The position numbers were made by a program, and so were the translations under genes. Under the pieces are notes generated by a model. The model worked only from the letters and a program-made list of their open reading frames with translations, was not told where the DNA came from and did no database searches. DNA of 63,454 bases, counting the filler, from Octopus bimaculoides (lineage: Eukaryota), in assembly GCF_001194135.2 (NCBI RefSeq). It is 5 parts of 4 records of this genome, joined end to end, with 100 filler letters (N's around TTAATTAATTAA, not from the genome) between each part and the next. Parts side by side here need not be neighbours in the genome. Positions count along the whole stretch, not along the records: positions 1 to 26,101 come from NC_069010.1; 4 more parts are not named here. One strand, written 5' to 3'. How positions within the stretch are numbered: the stretch's first letter is position 1; each line of letters begins with the position of its first letter. Below, piece after piece: positions 1 to 12,435 of the stretch.

Positions 1-21
1 TGAGAGATAAATATTGTTTAA

Positions 22-393
22 TTACGAACCACATGGTTCCGGGTTCAGTCCCACTGAGTGGTACCTTGGGCAAGTGTCTTCTACCATAGCCTCGGGCCAA
101 CCAAAGCCTTGTGAGTGGATTTGGTAGACGGAAACTGAAAGAAGCCCGTCGTACATATATATGTGTGTGTGTGTGTGTGTGTGTATGTTTGTGCGTCTGT
201 GATTGACCCCCTCAACATCACTTGACAACCGATGCTGGTGTGTTTGTGTCCCCATAACTTAGTGGCTCGGCAAAAGAGGCCGATAGAATAAGTACGAGGC
301 TTATAAAACAATAAGTCCTGGGGTTGATTTGCTCGACTAAAGGCAGTGCTCCAGCATGGCCGCAGTCAAAATCACTGAAACAAGTAAAAGAAT
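22..393 (+). mobile_element. SINE family A (tRNA/CORE-like head, internal microsatellite), 5'-clipped
   Basis: ggttccgggttcagtccc (B-box-like), accttgggcaagtg CORE-like motif, (TG)n, tail ctccagcatggccgcagtc...aagtaaaagaata. More than a dozen related copies in the window. Confidence 0.9.
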
Positions 394-685
394 ACACAGT
401 ATATAGTTTATGAGCTACTAATAGTTTTATACATTGAATCTCTTAGCTTAGGCAAGTTTAGATCATGCCTTGTGTCTCTAAGTAATCGTCAGGCTGTGAG
501 GACAACCTATACAAGTAAGAAATCAGGAAATAGAACAAGAGAAACCACGATAAAAGATAAGATGAAAGTGGGTTCAAAACATGGAATGGCAAACATAAAT
601 GGAAAAAGAAGAGGGGAAAAGAATTAGTTATACCTCCCTTGACATATATATATAAATATGCCACATACTAAATATATATAATTTA

Positions 686-797
686 TACACAACAGGCTTC
701 TTTCAGCTTCCATCTGCCTCTAGTAGAAGACATTTTCCCAAGGTGTCACACAGTGAGACTAAACATGGAACCATGTGGCTGAGAAGCAAACTTCTTA

Positions 798-857
<60 letters not shown>

Positions 858-1056
858 TCTTTTATTCTTTTACTTGTTTCAGTCATTTGATTGTGGCCAT
901 GCTGGAGCACCGTCTTTAGTCGAACAAATCGACCCCAGGACTTATTCTTTGTAAGCCTAGTACTTATTCTATTAGTCTATTTTGATGAACTGCTAAGTTA
1001 TGGAGATGTAAACACACCAGCATCGGTTGTCAAGCAGTGGTGGGAACACACATACC
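686..1056 (-). mobile_element. SINE A head (686-800) and a second copy's tail (857-1056) separated by (CA)n
   Basis: Reverse-complement matches to family A segments. Confidence 0.75.
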
Positions 1057-1639
1057 CACAGATTAATTTAGTATTAATAATAATAATAACAATAATAATA
1101 ATAATAATAATGCTAATAATAATAATAGTTAAATATACGACTTTTCTTCTAAGCCCATCAAGCTATGTGGGGACTAAACTTAGTTTGTAGTCTGTGCAGC
1201 GCAGCATCTGTCGTATATTTAAAATAGTTTCCCCAAATATCATTCCTTTTTTTCATTTTGCTCTCTCTTGAATCAACAGCAAAGTTATTATTATTATTCA
1301 AATGTGACTTAGTCAATGAATCTAGGATTTCCCTACTTCTTTCAATATCATGTTTGCCAAGGTCATATGTATTTCATTTCAAATTCAGCCAGCCTCCCCT
1401 TCTCATTACAAAATGTTTATATGATAAATTTGCCGATTATACTCTCACTTCATCTCTTGTTGGCTCTTGCTCTGGATATTATATGGAATGGGGGAAACTG
1501 TGATTCGTTGTAATTCATTGAATACACTTTGTACCTAAGCTCTACGCTAGCTGGCAAGCGTTTGTGCAGATCTTCTTTTCAGTTGATGACAAAAGTTCCA
1601 CAACTACCTCCCCTCCATACCTCCCACGTACTCAATTTC

Positions 1640-2260
1640 AGGGTGGTTGGCACAATGAAAGAAAGGAGTGGGGAGGGAGATTATTGAAATTTTGGATCGG
1701 TGCCATGTTGATGTGTGTGGTGTGCAAGAAGTAAGGTGGAGGGGAGCCTCAGCTAGATTCCTCATGGGTAAGAGACAGATTTAAATTCTTCTGGGATGGA
1801 GTGGGAGGGATAGGCATACTGTTAGCAGAAAAGATAAGGTAATTGAGGTAGTCAGAGTATGTGATAGGGTGATTAAGGTGAGACTTATCCTAGGTAAATT
1901 AACAGTGACATTTATCTCTGCCTATGCTCCTCAGCCTGGGCTGGCTGATGAGCAGAAGGACCGATTCTATGAGGTTATTAGTTAGTGACTTCAGAATTAG
2001 AGCTAGAAAGACTTAGGAAAAAAAACCCAATCTGGTAAAGAAGAGTATGGAAGCTCAAAGACCCACAAACACAAGAATTTAGAGATTTCCTAATAGAAGC
2101 TTCTGACAAAAGAGAGGAAGACCTGGGGACATAGAGCTTAGAGGACAATTGGAAGTTCTTGTGAGACAACTGAGGGTTACAAACAAAATCTGTGATTGGT
2201 GCACAGTCCCAGCTAGACCAGAGGGTGACATGGTGGTGGAACAAGGTAGTACACAATGCT
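1640..2260 (+). mobile_element. RTE LINE fragment, apurinic endonuclease region
   Basis: IEVVRVCDRVIKVRLILGKLTVTFISAYAPQPGLADEQKDRFYE and downstream WKLKDP...TWWWN, with stops and deletions. Confidence 0.8.
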
Positions 2261-4106
2261 ATAAAATATTTAGACATGAAATGGACACAGTAGTTGGAGA
2301 AGCCCTCATTTGGTTTAGATTGCTTCACCTACAGATCATGTAAGATAAAAATAGGAAGATCCTTAATGGTAGGAATTGAAATAGTTGGAGACTGAAGATA
2401 AAAACGTTTTTTTTTTACTTTTTTCTTTTTTCTTACTTTTATTCTGATACATTTTTATCATGTAGTAATGGTTTTCACATAAAAAATATGCAGGGAGATG
2501 AACATTTTAAATACAGGGAGCAACAAAAAATTTCTCAGATTCACCATCTATATACTATTAAAAATGAACTTCAATCTTACTTGCTTGGAATGTTACACAG
2601 GCAAACCAGCGCATAATGGGAAAATACTTTGAAAGTAAAGTGCCCCTGAAATGTGAATACAAATGGAATAAAACAAGTTTCGCATAAATTGGACCACTGG
2701 TTCTTGAGATATGGTGGGTGGGTGGGGGGTATAAATACCCAAAATGGTGCATAATGGGAAAATACTCTGAAAATAACTTAACCCTGAAAGGGAAGAAACT
2801 CTAACCTTTCGATTAGACACATTATGAGGGTTAAAGTTTTAATGGCTTTAACTTGCCAATGAAAAAATACAAGTCGTTTCTACAATAAATGTTTCTAATT
2901 TCGCTTTTGTTAAACACAATATTTTAATCGTTTAGAAATATTTTTAATTGAATGTGATTTCAAAAATGTAAGTTGTTTGCACAGTAAGTATTTATGCTTT
3001 AGTTTTCTTTAAACAGACAATATTTTGAGTGTTTTAAAAATTATTTTTGAGTCAATATCATTTCAAATTTGTTTTGGCATATTCAAAAAATATTTTTAAG
3101 TGAAAATGACTTTAAAATATGGTAAATATTTTGTAAAAGATCCGTTCATAACCTCGGTGTGAAATAATTATTTTCCATAGGATTTTTTCGAGTGAGTGCA
3201 TTCAACATATCCCACCTCCAAAAATTTGACTGCTACCACATAACAGCTATTTGCGATAAAGGACCCAAAATAGCTATTAAGTGGTAGCAGGATGTGCAAG
3301 GAATAGCAGCCAAATCTTTCCTTTCCAGTTTACACATAATTTCAATGTCACATTCATTGAAAGCATGCAAAATAACCTGGAAAAGAAAAAGAAAACCCAT
3401 GAAACAAAACTCCATTGGTGAGAAACTCAGAGTTTCCAGGGAAGCTCTGAGGTCCCCATCACCCCTCCCCCTTTCTTTTCCAGAAGAAAGTGGCTTGCGG
3501 TGGGTTTGGAGGTGAGATACATTGAATGCACTCGAAAAAACCTGTGGAAAAAATTATTTCACACCAAACTACAAACAGGTCATTTACAAAATATGAGGCT
3601 GATAAAGCAAGGGCTGAGCATCTTGCAGAACAGAGAGAAAGAGACAGAAGCAAGAGAGATCAGGAATCAGACGCTCAGGATGCTCATGTGAATACAAACA
3701 GAATAAAACAAGTTTCATGTAAATCGGACCATGGGTTACTGAGGTATGTAGTTTTTTTGGGTACCTTGAACTATGTGTGATCCAATGGGTTACGGGTAGT
3801 CTAGTTTTTGATAAATGTTTGAACAGCAAATGCATAGTGTGCACTTGTCCAAGCCATGATAATAACTAAAGAAGAGTAATAACACATTAGCTACACGAAG
3901 ACCTCATTACAAAATAATTACAAGAGCCATAACAGTGACTATAAAACATGGGTTCGTTTTTCTGTCACAGCTTGTTTAAACATTCTAAGATTAGGGTTTT
4001 GCATTGTAAACAGAAACAGTTATTTGCTTGTCACCCTATATAAACTAATATGTTTTCAGTATTTATTGTACTAAATCTAGAATTGTTTTATTTTCTTGTC
4101 AATTAG

Positions 4107-4177
4107 AATTTGCTAATTGTGAACTAACTGATGATATTTACACTTTGATGACTATAGATGAAATCATGAATGGAAAG
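4107..4177 (+). CDS. GCLC: Glutamate-cysteine ligase catalytic subunit, internal exon (71 nt, phase 1 to phase 0)
   Basis: ttag|AATTTG acceptor, AAG|GTAAGA donor. Translates (x)FANCELTDDIYTLMTIDEIMNGK, matching the recalled GCLC motif YTLMSIDTIINGK. Splices in frame to 8450. Confidence 0.92.
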
Positions 4178-4467
4178 GTAAGAAATCCTCATCATCGTTT
4201 AACGTCTGCTTTCCATGCTAGCATGGGTTATATTTAATAAATTCTAAATCACACACAAAACCTTAAATAATAGCCTGCAAATATCGGGGTGAAAAACCTT
4301 TTGAATAGAAATGTCAAAGGCTACCTTTGACTTTTTCTATCCAAATTGGTTTTTTTATTAAACCTAATATTTACAGGTAGGTAGTTTTTTTTTGTAGCTT
4401 TATGTGTGGTTTGAGATGTATTGTAGCCCCAAAAAGGATTATTTCATGTTCTCTCGAAAGTTCGTAA

Positions 4468-4852
4468 ATTCTTGTTTCAGTCATTTGACTGTGGCCATGC
4501 TGGAGCACTGCCTTAAAGGGTTTTAGTCGAAGAAATTGACCCCAGGACTTACTCTTTGTAAGCCTATTACTTATTCTATCAGTCTCTTTTGCCAAACCAC
4601 TAAGTTATGAGACATAAAACATACCAGCATCAGTTGTCAAGCAATGGTGGAGAGACAAACATAGACTCATGTGCACACACACGCATATATGATGGGCTTC
4701 TTTCAGTTTCCATCTACCAAATCCACTCACAAGGCTTTGGTTGACCCGAGGTTATAATAGAAGACAGTTGCCCAAGGTGCTATGCAGTGGGACTGTACCA
4801 GGAACCATGTGGTTGAGAAGCAAGCTTCTTACCTCACAGCCATGCCTGCACC
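4468..4852 (-). mobile_element. SINE A, full length
   Basis: Complete reverse-complement match from tail to GGTGCAGGCATGGCTGTG head. Confidence 0.9.
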
Positions 4853-4869
4853 TATAAAGGTTGCCAGCA

Positions 4870-4940
4870 GACAGCTATGGGAGTTGAACCTGTACCCCTC
4901 ACATACCAGCTGAGTACTCTACCATTAAGCTAAATGGCCC
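4870..4940 (-). pseudogene. tRNA-derived pseudogene or isolated SINE head
   Basis: GGCCATTTAGCTTAATGGTAGAGTACTCAGCTGGTATGTGAGGGGTACAGGTTCAACTCCC: A/B boxes, anticodon arm CTCAG-CTGGTAT-GTGAG (GGT, Thr-like). Acceptor and T stems no longer pair. Confidence 0.55.
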
Positions 4941-5168
4941 ACTAACACATTTTAGATTCTAAAAGAATATAAATGACAGAAAGTGTTGATATCACTTCTA
5001 AAACTCTAAAGAGATAGATACCAAACAGGAATTGGTAAGGGTTTTTCTTGCCAATAATTAGCCTTGTGTCAAAATTTGAATCCAATAATTAGTCAACATG
5101 AATGTTTCTTGAGTTTTCTGTAAAATACAGTAGGCACGAGTAATAAAGAATCTCCATGGAGATACATA

Positions 5169-5503
5169 TGAGGTGGTATAAAAAAGTTCCCGGACTAGTT
5201 CTGTAGCACGCCAACAGATGGCAGCACATGGTTGTATGCACACTGAATGCTAACAGTGACCTCTGTGATACAGTGTGCTGAGTGACATTGCTGTGTTTAC
5301 CTTGCAAGTTGTGAAATTTGTGTTTTTGTGATCATGTGTATGCTGTAGTCTGCGATTTTGTCTTGGATCGGAAATTGGAACAAAGGGCCAATGTGAAATT
5401 TTGCGTTAAACTCGGAAAGTGTGCTACAGAGACATTGAGCATGTTCTGGCAATCATATGGCAACAAGGCAGTGGGTCATACACAATGTCTCAAGTGGCAC
5501 CTC
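5169..5503 (+). mobile_element. mariner 5' fragment (TIR plus HTH)
   Basis: TA-TGAGGTGGTATAAAAAAGTTCCCGGACT end; LEQRANVKFCVKLGKCATETLSM...YGN is a mariner N-terminus. Truncated by a (CATA)n tract. Confidence 0.85.
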
Positions 5504-6175
5504 CTCGTATACATACATATGTACATACATGTATACATATATACGTACATACATACTCATACTTGCATGTATGAATGTATGTATATGAGATGATGCTGAA
5601 GAGATCCTGGCTTTGGGTAAAAGAAAATACAGGTGGATCAGTAAATCATGATTTTGTTCAACATATTCCCCTTACAGATTCACACACTTATTGCAGTGGT
5701 CCTTCAGATATTCTAAGCCCTGTTAAAGAACTCGAAAGGTCAAGCCTTCAACCAAGACTTTCACAATATTCTTCAAGCCAAGAACTTTTCAGCACTCCTT
5801 TGTCTATACATGCATGCATGTATGTGTGTATGTATGCATGCATGTGTGTGTATGTGTGTATGTATGTATGTATACACAGAAGAAACTAGAATAACGGTTG
5901 AATACTTGGTCAAAGTACAATTAAAAAATATTAGGAAAAAATAAAACTGTAGACTTGAGAACAAACTTATGTATGCGAGTCAGTTATGTGCTGCCAAATG
6001 TTTGAGTGACTCGTACATAGTGCAGCGCATTTATGTCTGTGAGTCAATGCAGTGTAGCCTGTGAGTCAGTGTAGTCTCTTCCTATGAGTCGGTACAGTGA
6101 ACCAATTCAGTTATTTCCAAGCTTCTTAACAAAAGCAACTGAAGTTGGCTGGTGTCTTCTATCCATAGTAAATCT

Positions 6176-6316
6176 GACTGGTAAAAAGCTTGCTTTCAAT
6201 AACATGGTTCCAGGTTCAGTTCCACTGCGTAGCAAATGTCTTCTACTATAGCCTTGGGCCAACCATGTCCTTGTGAGTGGATTTGGTAGATGGAAACTGA
6301 AAGAAGCCTATCATAT

Positions 6317-6383
<67 letters not shown>

Positions 6384-6622
6384 TGTATGTGTGTCTTTGT
6401 GTCTGCGTGTGTTCCCCTTCCACCAGTTGATACCTGGTGTTGATGTGTTTACATCACCATAACTTAACAGTTTGGCAAAAGAGATTGATAGAATAAGTAC
6501 TAAGCTTTTTTTAAAAAAAATGTACTGGGGTCGATCCATTCAATTCATTTGACTAAAAATTCTTCAAGGTAGGGCCCCAGCATGGCTGCAGTCTAATGAC
6601 TGAAACAAGTAAAAGATATAAG
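6176..6622 (+). mobile_element. SINE A with (TA)n core
   Basis: Head, core and tail match family A. Confidence 0.88.
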
Positions 6623-6745
6623 ATACTGCAAGTAACAAATGTGTGTTTGCTAAATGTTTGCACATCGATGTGCACGAAATGTGTATGTGATGAGATGTAC
6701 GAGCAGGAAAAAAAGGGGAAATCAGTAAACAAGTATAATGTAGAT

Positions 6746-7026
6746 CAATGTTTCCTAACCATTTTCTGCCCATGGACCCCCTTTCACTCTTATTTTGCTC
6801 AACTGGACCCTCGTAACCATTTGGTGTTTTAAAACATCCTATTATATTTTTATAATTAAATATCATTAGGAATTGCATAACAAAAATTATTAAAATATTT
6901 TGTGCATTATAGAATAATAATCAATTTCATTTCTTGTACATAAATTTGAACAACAAAATCTTATATGGACCCACAAGGGCCATGTAGACCCCTAAATGCC
7001 ATATGGATCCTGGTTGAGAACCACTG
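6746..7026. mobile_element. hAT (Charlie-type) MITE with 8-bp TSD
   Basis: Ends CAATGTTTCCTAACC / GGTTGAGAACCACTG; flanks ATGTAGAT (6738-6745) and ATCTAGAT (7027-7034). Confidence 0.8.
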
Positions 7027-7349
7027 ATCTAGATGAAGCAACTATTTTTTTAAAACATGAAGAGGAGATTACTGATTGTTTTGATGAGTATTGATGATGG
7101 TGCAGGGTGAAGTTTGACTGCCATATTGGCTGCATAGTGTCCTGTAATGTTCTGCATAATGTTCAGGTCACTACTATAACAGGCTATGATGTATATATGT
7201 TTGTGTACAATGTACGATCTATACAATGTTTTTTTACAATATGAGTAATTATGTGTAGTTTTGTACGTGCTGTTCATATGTTTGTACATGAATACAGCAT
7301 TGCACCATACGAACATAGAGATGAAGTATTTTTAATGTAAAAGGGAATA

Positions 7350-7596
7350 TTTTATTCTTTAACACATTTCAGTCATTTGACTGTAGCCATGCTGAAGCAC
7401 AGCCTAGAAGGGATTTTTAGTTGAGGAAGTCGAGCCCAGGATTTATTCTTTGTAAGCCTAGTACTTATTCTATCAGTCTCTTTTGCTGAACTGCTAAGTC
7501 ATGAGGTCATAAACACACCACCATCAGTTGTCAAGCAGTGGTGGGGGGAAAAACACAGACACACACATAAATACATACATACATACATACATACGT

Positions 7597-7663
<67 letters not shown>

Positions 7664-8091
7664 NNNNNNNNNNNNNNNNNNNNNNNNNNNNNNNNNNNNN
7701 NNNNNNNNNNNNNNNNNNNNNNNNNNNNNNNNNNNNNNNNNNNNNNNNNNNNNNNNNNNNNNNNNNNNNNNNNNNNNNNNNNNNNNNNNNNNNNNNNNNN
7801 NNNNNNNNNNNNNNNNNNNNNNNNNNNNNNNNNNNNNNNNNNNNNNNNNNNNNNNNNNNNNNNNNNNNNNNNNNNNNNNNNNNNNNNNNNNNNNNNNNNN
7901 NNNNNNNNNNNNNNNNNNNNNNNNNNNNNNNNNNNNNNNNNNNNNNNNNNNNNNNNNNNNNNNNNNNNNNNNNNNNNNNNNNNNNNNNNNNNNNNNNNNN
8001 NNNNNNNNNNNNNNNNNNNNNNNNNNNNNNNNNNNNNNNNNNNNNNNNNNNNNNNNNNNNNNNNNNNNNNNNNNNNNNNNNNNNNNNNNNN

Positions 8092-8125
<34 letters not shown>

Positions 8126-8287
8126 CGATGGGCTTCTTTCCGTTTCTATCTACCAAACCACTCAGAAGGCTTTGATTGCCCCGAGGCTGTAGTGGAAGAC
8201 ACTTGCCCATGGTGCCACACAGTGGGGCTGAACCCAGAACCATGTGGTTGGGAAGCAAGTTTCTTACCCCACAGTCATGCCTGCACC
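7350..8287 (-). mobile_element. SINE A spanning an N gap
   Basis: Tail 7350-7560, microsatellite/gap, head 8125-8287. Confidence 0.85.
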
Positions 8288-8449
8288 TATGTTAATATTC
8301 TTTCCATTTCTCTGTGCACTTTTGTAATTGTTCTTTCAACAAAAAATATCAATAACTTTTATAACCAGTCGGGCAATTTCAAACAACTTCTAGTCTACAG
8401 GACAGAAAACTCAAACTATTTTCAATTATTTTGATTTTATTCCCAACAG

Positions 8450-8567
8450 GATGATTTCCCTGGTTTAATTCCTCTCATACACAAATATCTTGATCATGTT
8501 GACTATGATGCCAGTAAAAGGCCACAAATAATGCAATACCTGAAATATTTCTCAGACAAAGCTGCAG
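8450..8567 (+). CDS. GCLC: GCLC penultimate coding exon (118 nt)
   Basis: ccaacag|GAT acceptor, CAG|GTGAGA donor. DDFPGLIPLIHKYLDHVDYDASKRPQIMQYLKYFSDKAA(G) versus recalled vertebrate GVFPGLIPILNSYLE...ILNYLKLIKKRASG. Confidence 0.95.
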
Positions 8568-9006
8568 GTGAGATGATTCATTTGTTTTCATCAATATTAA
8601 GCAAATTTTATTTTAAATATACAACATTTACCCTCCAATAATGCTAGCTTCTTTTCCAATTATAAAATATAATGCTAAACTGCATTTTAACCCAGTAACA
8701 CTTATTGTTGGTAAATCTTCACACTCCATATACTACAAACTAATATGAAGGACAATGTGTGTATATGCATGCGTGAATAGTATTCCTTCCAGATTATGTC
8801 CTGTGATTAAAATATTCTGCCACAGTTCAGTTTTAAATAAGACTTTTGAAACAATTATCACAGCTAAAACAAATAAAGCAAAGAAACAGATCGGGCTTTG
8901 TCTATGTGTGCCTTAGATCAAGGGGATAGGATATTGTTACAGAATACAGCCAAAAATTTGTTTCCAATAAATAATAAACCATTTATTATTTCAATTTATT
9001 TTATAG

Positions 9007-9173
9007 GAAAGATAATGACAATGGCCCAATGGACAAGGCAATTTGTTAGAAATCATGAAGAGTACAAGAATGATTCTGTTGTCAGTGACAGAATCACTTA
9101 TGATTTTATTATGGAATGTGAAAGGATTGTCAACAATGAAGAAAGGATTCCACAAGCATTTATCAATTATTAA
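9007..9173 (+). CDS. GCLC: GCLC terminal coding exon
   Basis: ttttatag|GA acceptor, phase consistent. KIMTMAQWTRQFVRNHEEYKNDSVVSDRITYDFIMECERIVNNEERIPQAFINY* versus recalled GELMTVARWMREFIANHPDYKQDSVITDEMNY. Confidence 0.95.
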
Positions 9174-9695
9174 GGAAGCATTTCAACGATTTTATCTTAA
9201 CTTTGTTCAGTTTTGACTTCCACACAAAATATAATCAAATAACTAAAACATGACCTCATAATCAAGAAATACATATATTCACACAACAGATTGCTTTCAG
9301 TTTAANNNNNNNNNNNNNNNNNNNNNNNNNNNNNNNNNNNNNNNNNNNNNNNNNNNNNNNNNNNNNNNNNNNNNNNNNNNNNNNNNATATAAATATAAAT
9401 ATATGCATATATACATACACATATGTACATACCTACATATATATGTATATATACATGCATATATGGATACAGGACATCAAAAAAAAGTAGACGAAATGAG
9501 AACATAAAAAACAAAAACATAGAAAACAAACTTTTTTCTGAACAACGAAAAAACAAACAAACAGAAAAACCAGACATGCAACATGGGTACATTTTAATTT
9601 TCCTTTTATATGAATTCATTTACATGTTTTGGTTTTTGAAAAACCTTATCAAAAATCTGTACTAAAATAGAATATGTAGAGAGAAAGGAGCTATT

Positions 9696-9723
9696 AATAA
9701 AATCAAATTAAAATTAAAATAAA
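9696..9723 (+). promoter_or_regulatory. Candidate GCLC polyadenylation signals
   Basis: AATAAA at 9696-9701 and 9718-9723, ~0.5 kb after the stop, followed by T-rich sequence. AT-rich background makes chance occurrence possible. Confidence 0.4.
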
Positions 9724-10076
9724 CATTCATAGTTTACTTTTCTTTTTCTTGCAAGAGCACATGACAATATTCGTTAGTTCTGGTGGCATAACAAGTTGAA
9801 CTGACTGTGACCGCAAATTACTACTATCTGTTTTTGTAAATTAAATAGTGTGGTCAAGACTTGTTTTCTTAGGAGTGGCTGTAGCCATTGAATAACGAGC
9901 AGCAATAATATGTCGTGGTGGTGAAGTTGTTCCCCCCGGGGTTTTAATAGAAATCAGGTTCTTTAACTCCTTGTCTTTATTTCTTATGAATAACTTGCAT
10001 ATCCATATATCAATATACATACATGCATACACACACATATATACACTCACCCATATACACATATACATATATACAG

Positions 10077-10729
10077 AATAAGTAGGAAGGCAGACAAACC
10101 ACACATCCCTTTAGGCAGATGGCCCTGCTCGATCTGTAGAAAAGCCATAGGTAGAAACTCGATAAGATGTAGCCAGTGTAAGCTATGGACACCTAAGAGG
10201 TGCAGCAATATAAAAGGAAGGCTAACTGGGAAGATAGTTTCTGTATGTGGCAGATGCTCAAGTGCAATAAACACTGAAAATGTACAGAGAACAGCTTCTG
10301 TCACATTCCAGGGAGGAAAAATAGGAATAGTTGATAACTTCCATTACCTAGGGGACCAAGTTAGTAGAAGGGGTGAATGCACTGAAAGTGTAGCTGCTAG
10401 AATAAGAATAGCCTGGGCAAAATTCTGAGAGCTCCTACCTCTGCTGGTGACAAAGGGCCTCTCGCTCAGAGTAAAAGGTAGACAGTATGACGCATGTGTA
10501 CGAACAGCCATGCTACATGGCAGTGAAACATGGGCCGTGACTGCTGAGAACATGCATAAGCTTGCAAGGAAGTATGCTTTGCTGGATGTGTAATGTCAGT
10601 GTGCATAGTCGACAGAGTGTAAGTACCTTGAGAGAAAAGTTGGACCTAAGAAGCATCAGTTGTGGTGTGCAAGAGAGACGATTGCGCTGGTATGGTCATT
10701 TGGCAAGAATGGATGAGGATAGCTGTGTG
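10077..10729 (+). mobile_element. RTE LINE fragment (post-RT region), runs into a gap
   Basis: Nearly collinear with 21280-21900; encodes FHYLGD, YDACVRTAMLHGSETW, RWYGHLARMDED. Confidence 0.9.
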
Positions 10730-11456
10730 NNNNNNNNNNNNNNNNNNNNNNNNNNNNNNNNNNNNNNNNNNNNNNNNNNNNNNNNNNNNNNNNNNNNNNN
10801 NNNNNNNNNNNNNNNNNNNNNNNNNNNNNNNNNNNNNNNNNNNNNNNNNNNNNNNNNNNNNNNNNNNNNNNNNNNNNNNNNNNNNNNNNNNNNNNNNNNN
10901 NNNNNNNNNNNNNNNNNNNNNNNNNNNNNNNNNNNNNNNNNNNNNNNNNNNNNNNNNNNNNNNNNNNNNNNNNNNNNNNNNNNNNNNNNNNNNNNNNNNN
11001 NNNNNNNNNNNNNNNNNNNNNNNNNNNNNNNNNNNNNNNNNNNNNNNNNNNNNNNNNNNNNNNNNNNNNNNNNNNNNNNNNNNNNNNNNNNNNNNNNNNN
11101 NNNNNNNNNNNNNNNNNNNNNNNNNNNNNNNNNNNNNNNNNNNNNNNNNNNNNNNNNNNNNNNNNNNNNNNNNNNNNNNNNNNNNNNNNNNNNNNNNNNN
11201 NNNNNNNNNNNNNNNNNNNNNNNNNNNNNNNNNNNNNNNNNNNNNNNNNNNNNNNNNNNNNNNNNNNNNNNNNNNNNNNNNNNNNNNNNNNNNNNNNNNN
11301 NNNNNNNNNNNNNNNNNNNNNNNNNNNNNNNNNNNNNNNNNNNNNNNNNNNNNNNNNNNNNNNNNNNNNNNNNNNNNNNNNNNNNNNNNNNNNNNNNNNN
11401 NNNNNNNNNNNNNNNNNNNNNNNNNNNNNNNNNNNNNNNNNNNNNNNNNNNNNNNN

Positions 11457-11513
<57 letters not shown>

Positions 11514-11596
11514 TACATACATACATACATGTATATACACATACATACATACCCATATATATACATACATACACATACACACACACATACACATGC

Positions 11597-11650
<54 letters not shown>

Positions 11651-11945
11651 ATATATACACACACATATGTATACACATATATATACATACATAAACATAC
11701 ACATACATACATACATATGTATTCACATACATATATATAAAAAATGTCTCAGAGTTGCTAGTTTAGAGAATTTAGACTCAGTTGATATTATTTTCTTTTG
11801 AAATGTATTTCCTTGCTAATGCGTTCATTTTGGCTAGCATTGTCTTTCAATTTGTATAGTGGAAACGTGAATTTGGGAAATTTGTTGGATGCACATTAAA
11901 AAAATATATATATTTCTATATATATATATATATATATATTATATA

Positions 11946-12434
11946 GGCTTAGGAGTGACTGTGTGGTAAGTAGCTTGCTTACCAACCACATGGTTCCGGG
12001 TTCATTCCCACTGCATGGCACCTTAGGCAAGTGTCTTCTACTATAGCTTTGGGCCGACCAAAGCCTTGTGAGTGGATTTGGTAGACGGAAACTGAAAGAA
12101 GCCCGTTGTATATATATATATATATANNNNNNNNNNNNNNNNNNNNNNNNNNNNNNNNNNNNNNNNNNNNNNNNNNNNNNNNNNNNNNNNNNNTGTGTGT
12201 GTGTGTGTGTGTGTGTATGCGTATGCTTGTGTGTCTGTGTTTGTCCCCCCAACATTGCTTGACAACTGATGCTGGTATGTTTACGTCCCCGTAACTTAGC
12301 GGTTCGGCAAAAAAGACCGATAGGATAAGTACTAGGCTTACAAAGAATAAGTCCTGGGGTCGATTTGCTTGACTAAAGGCGGTGCTCCAGCATGGCCACA
12401 GTCAAATGACTGAAACAAGTAAAAGAGTAAAATA
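11946..12434 (+). mobile_element. SINE A, full length and little diverged
   Basis: GGCTTAGGAGTGACTGTGTGGTAAG head through AAGTAAAAGAGTAAAA tail. Confidence 0.92.
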
Positions 12435-12435
12435 G

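Noticed and set aside
3233-3415. Minus-strand ORF with a strong polypyrimidine acceptor (VILHAFNECDIEIMCK...)
   Set aside because: Antisense within GCLC, ends in a stop, not DLG5-like; probably part of an old unclassified transposon.
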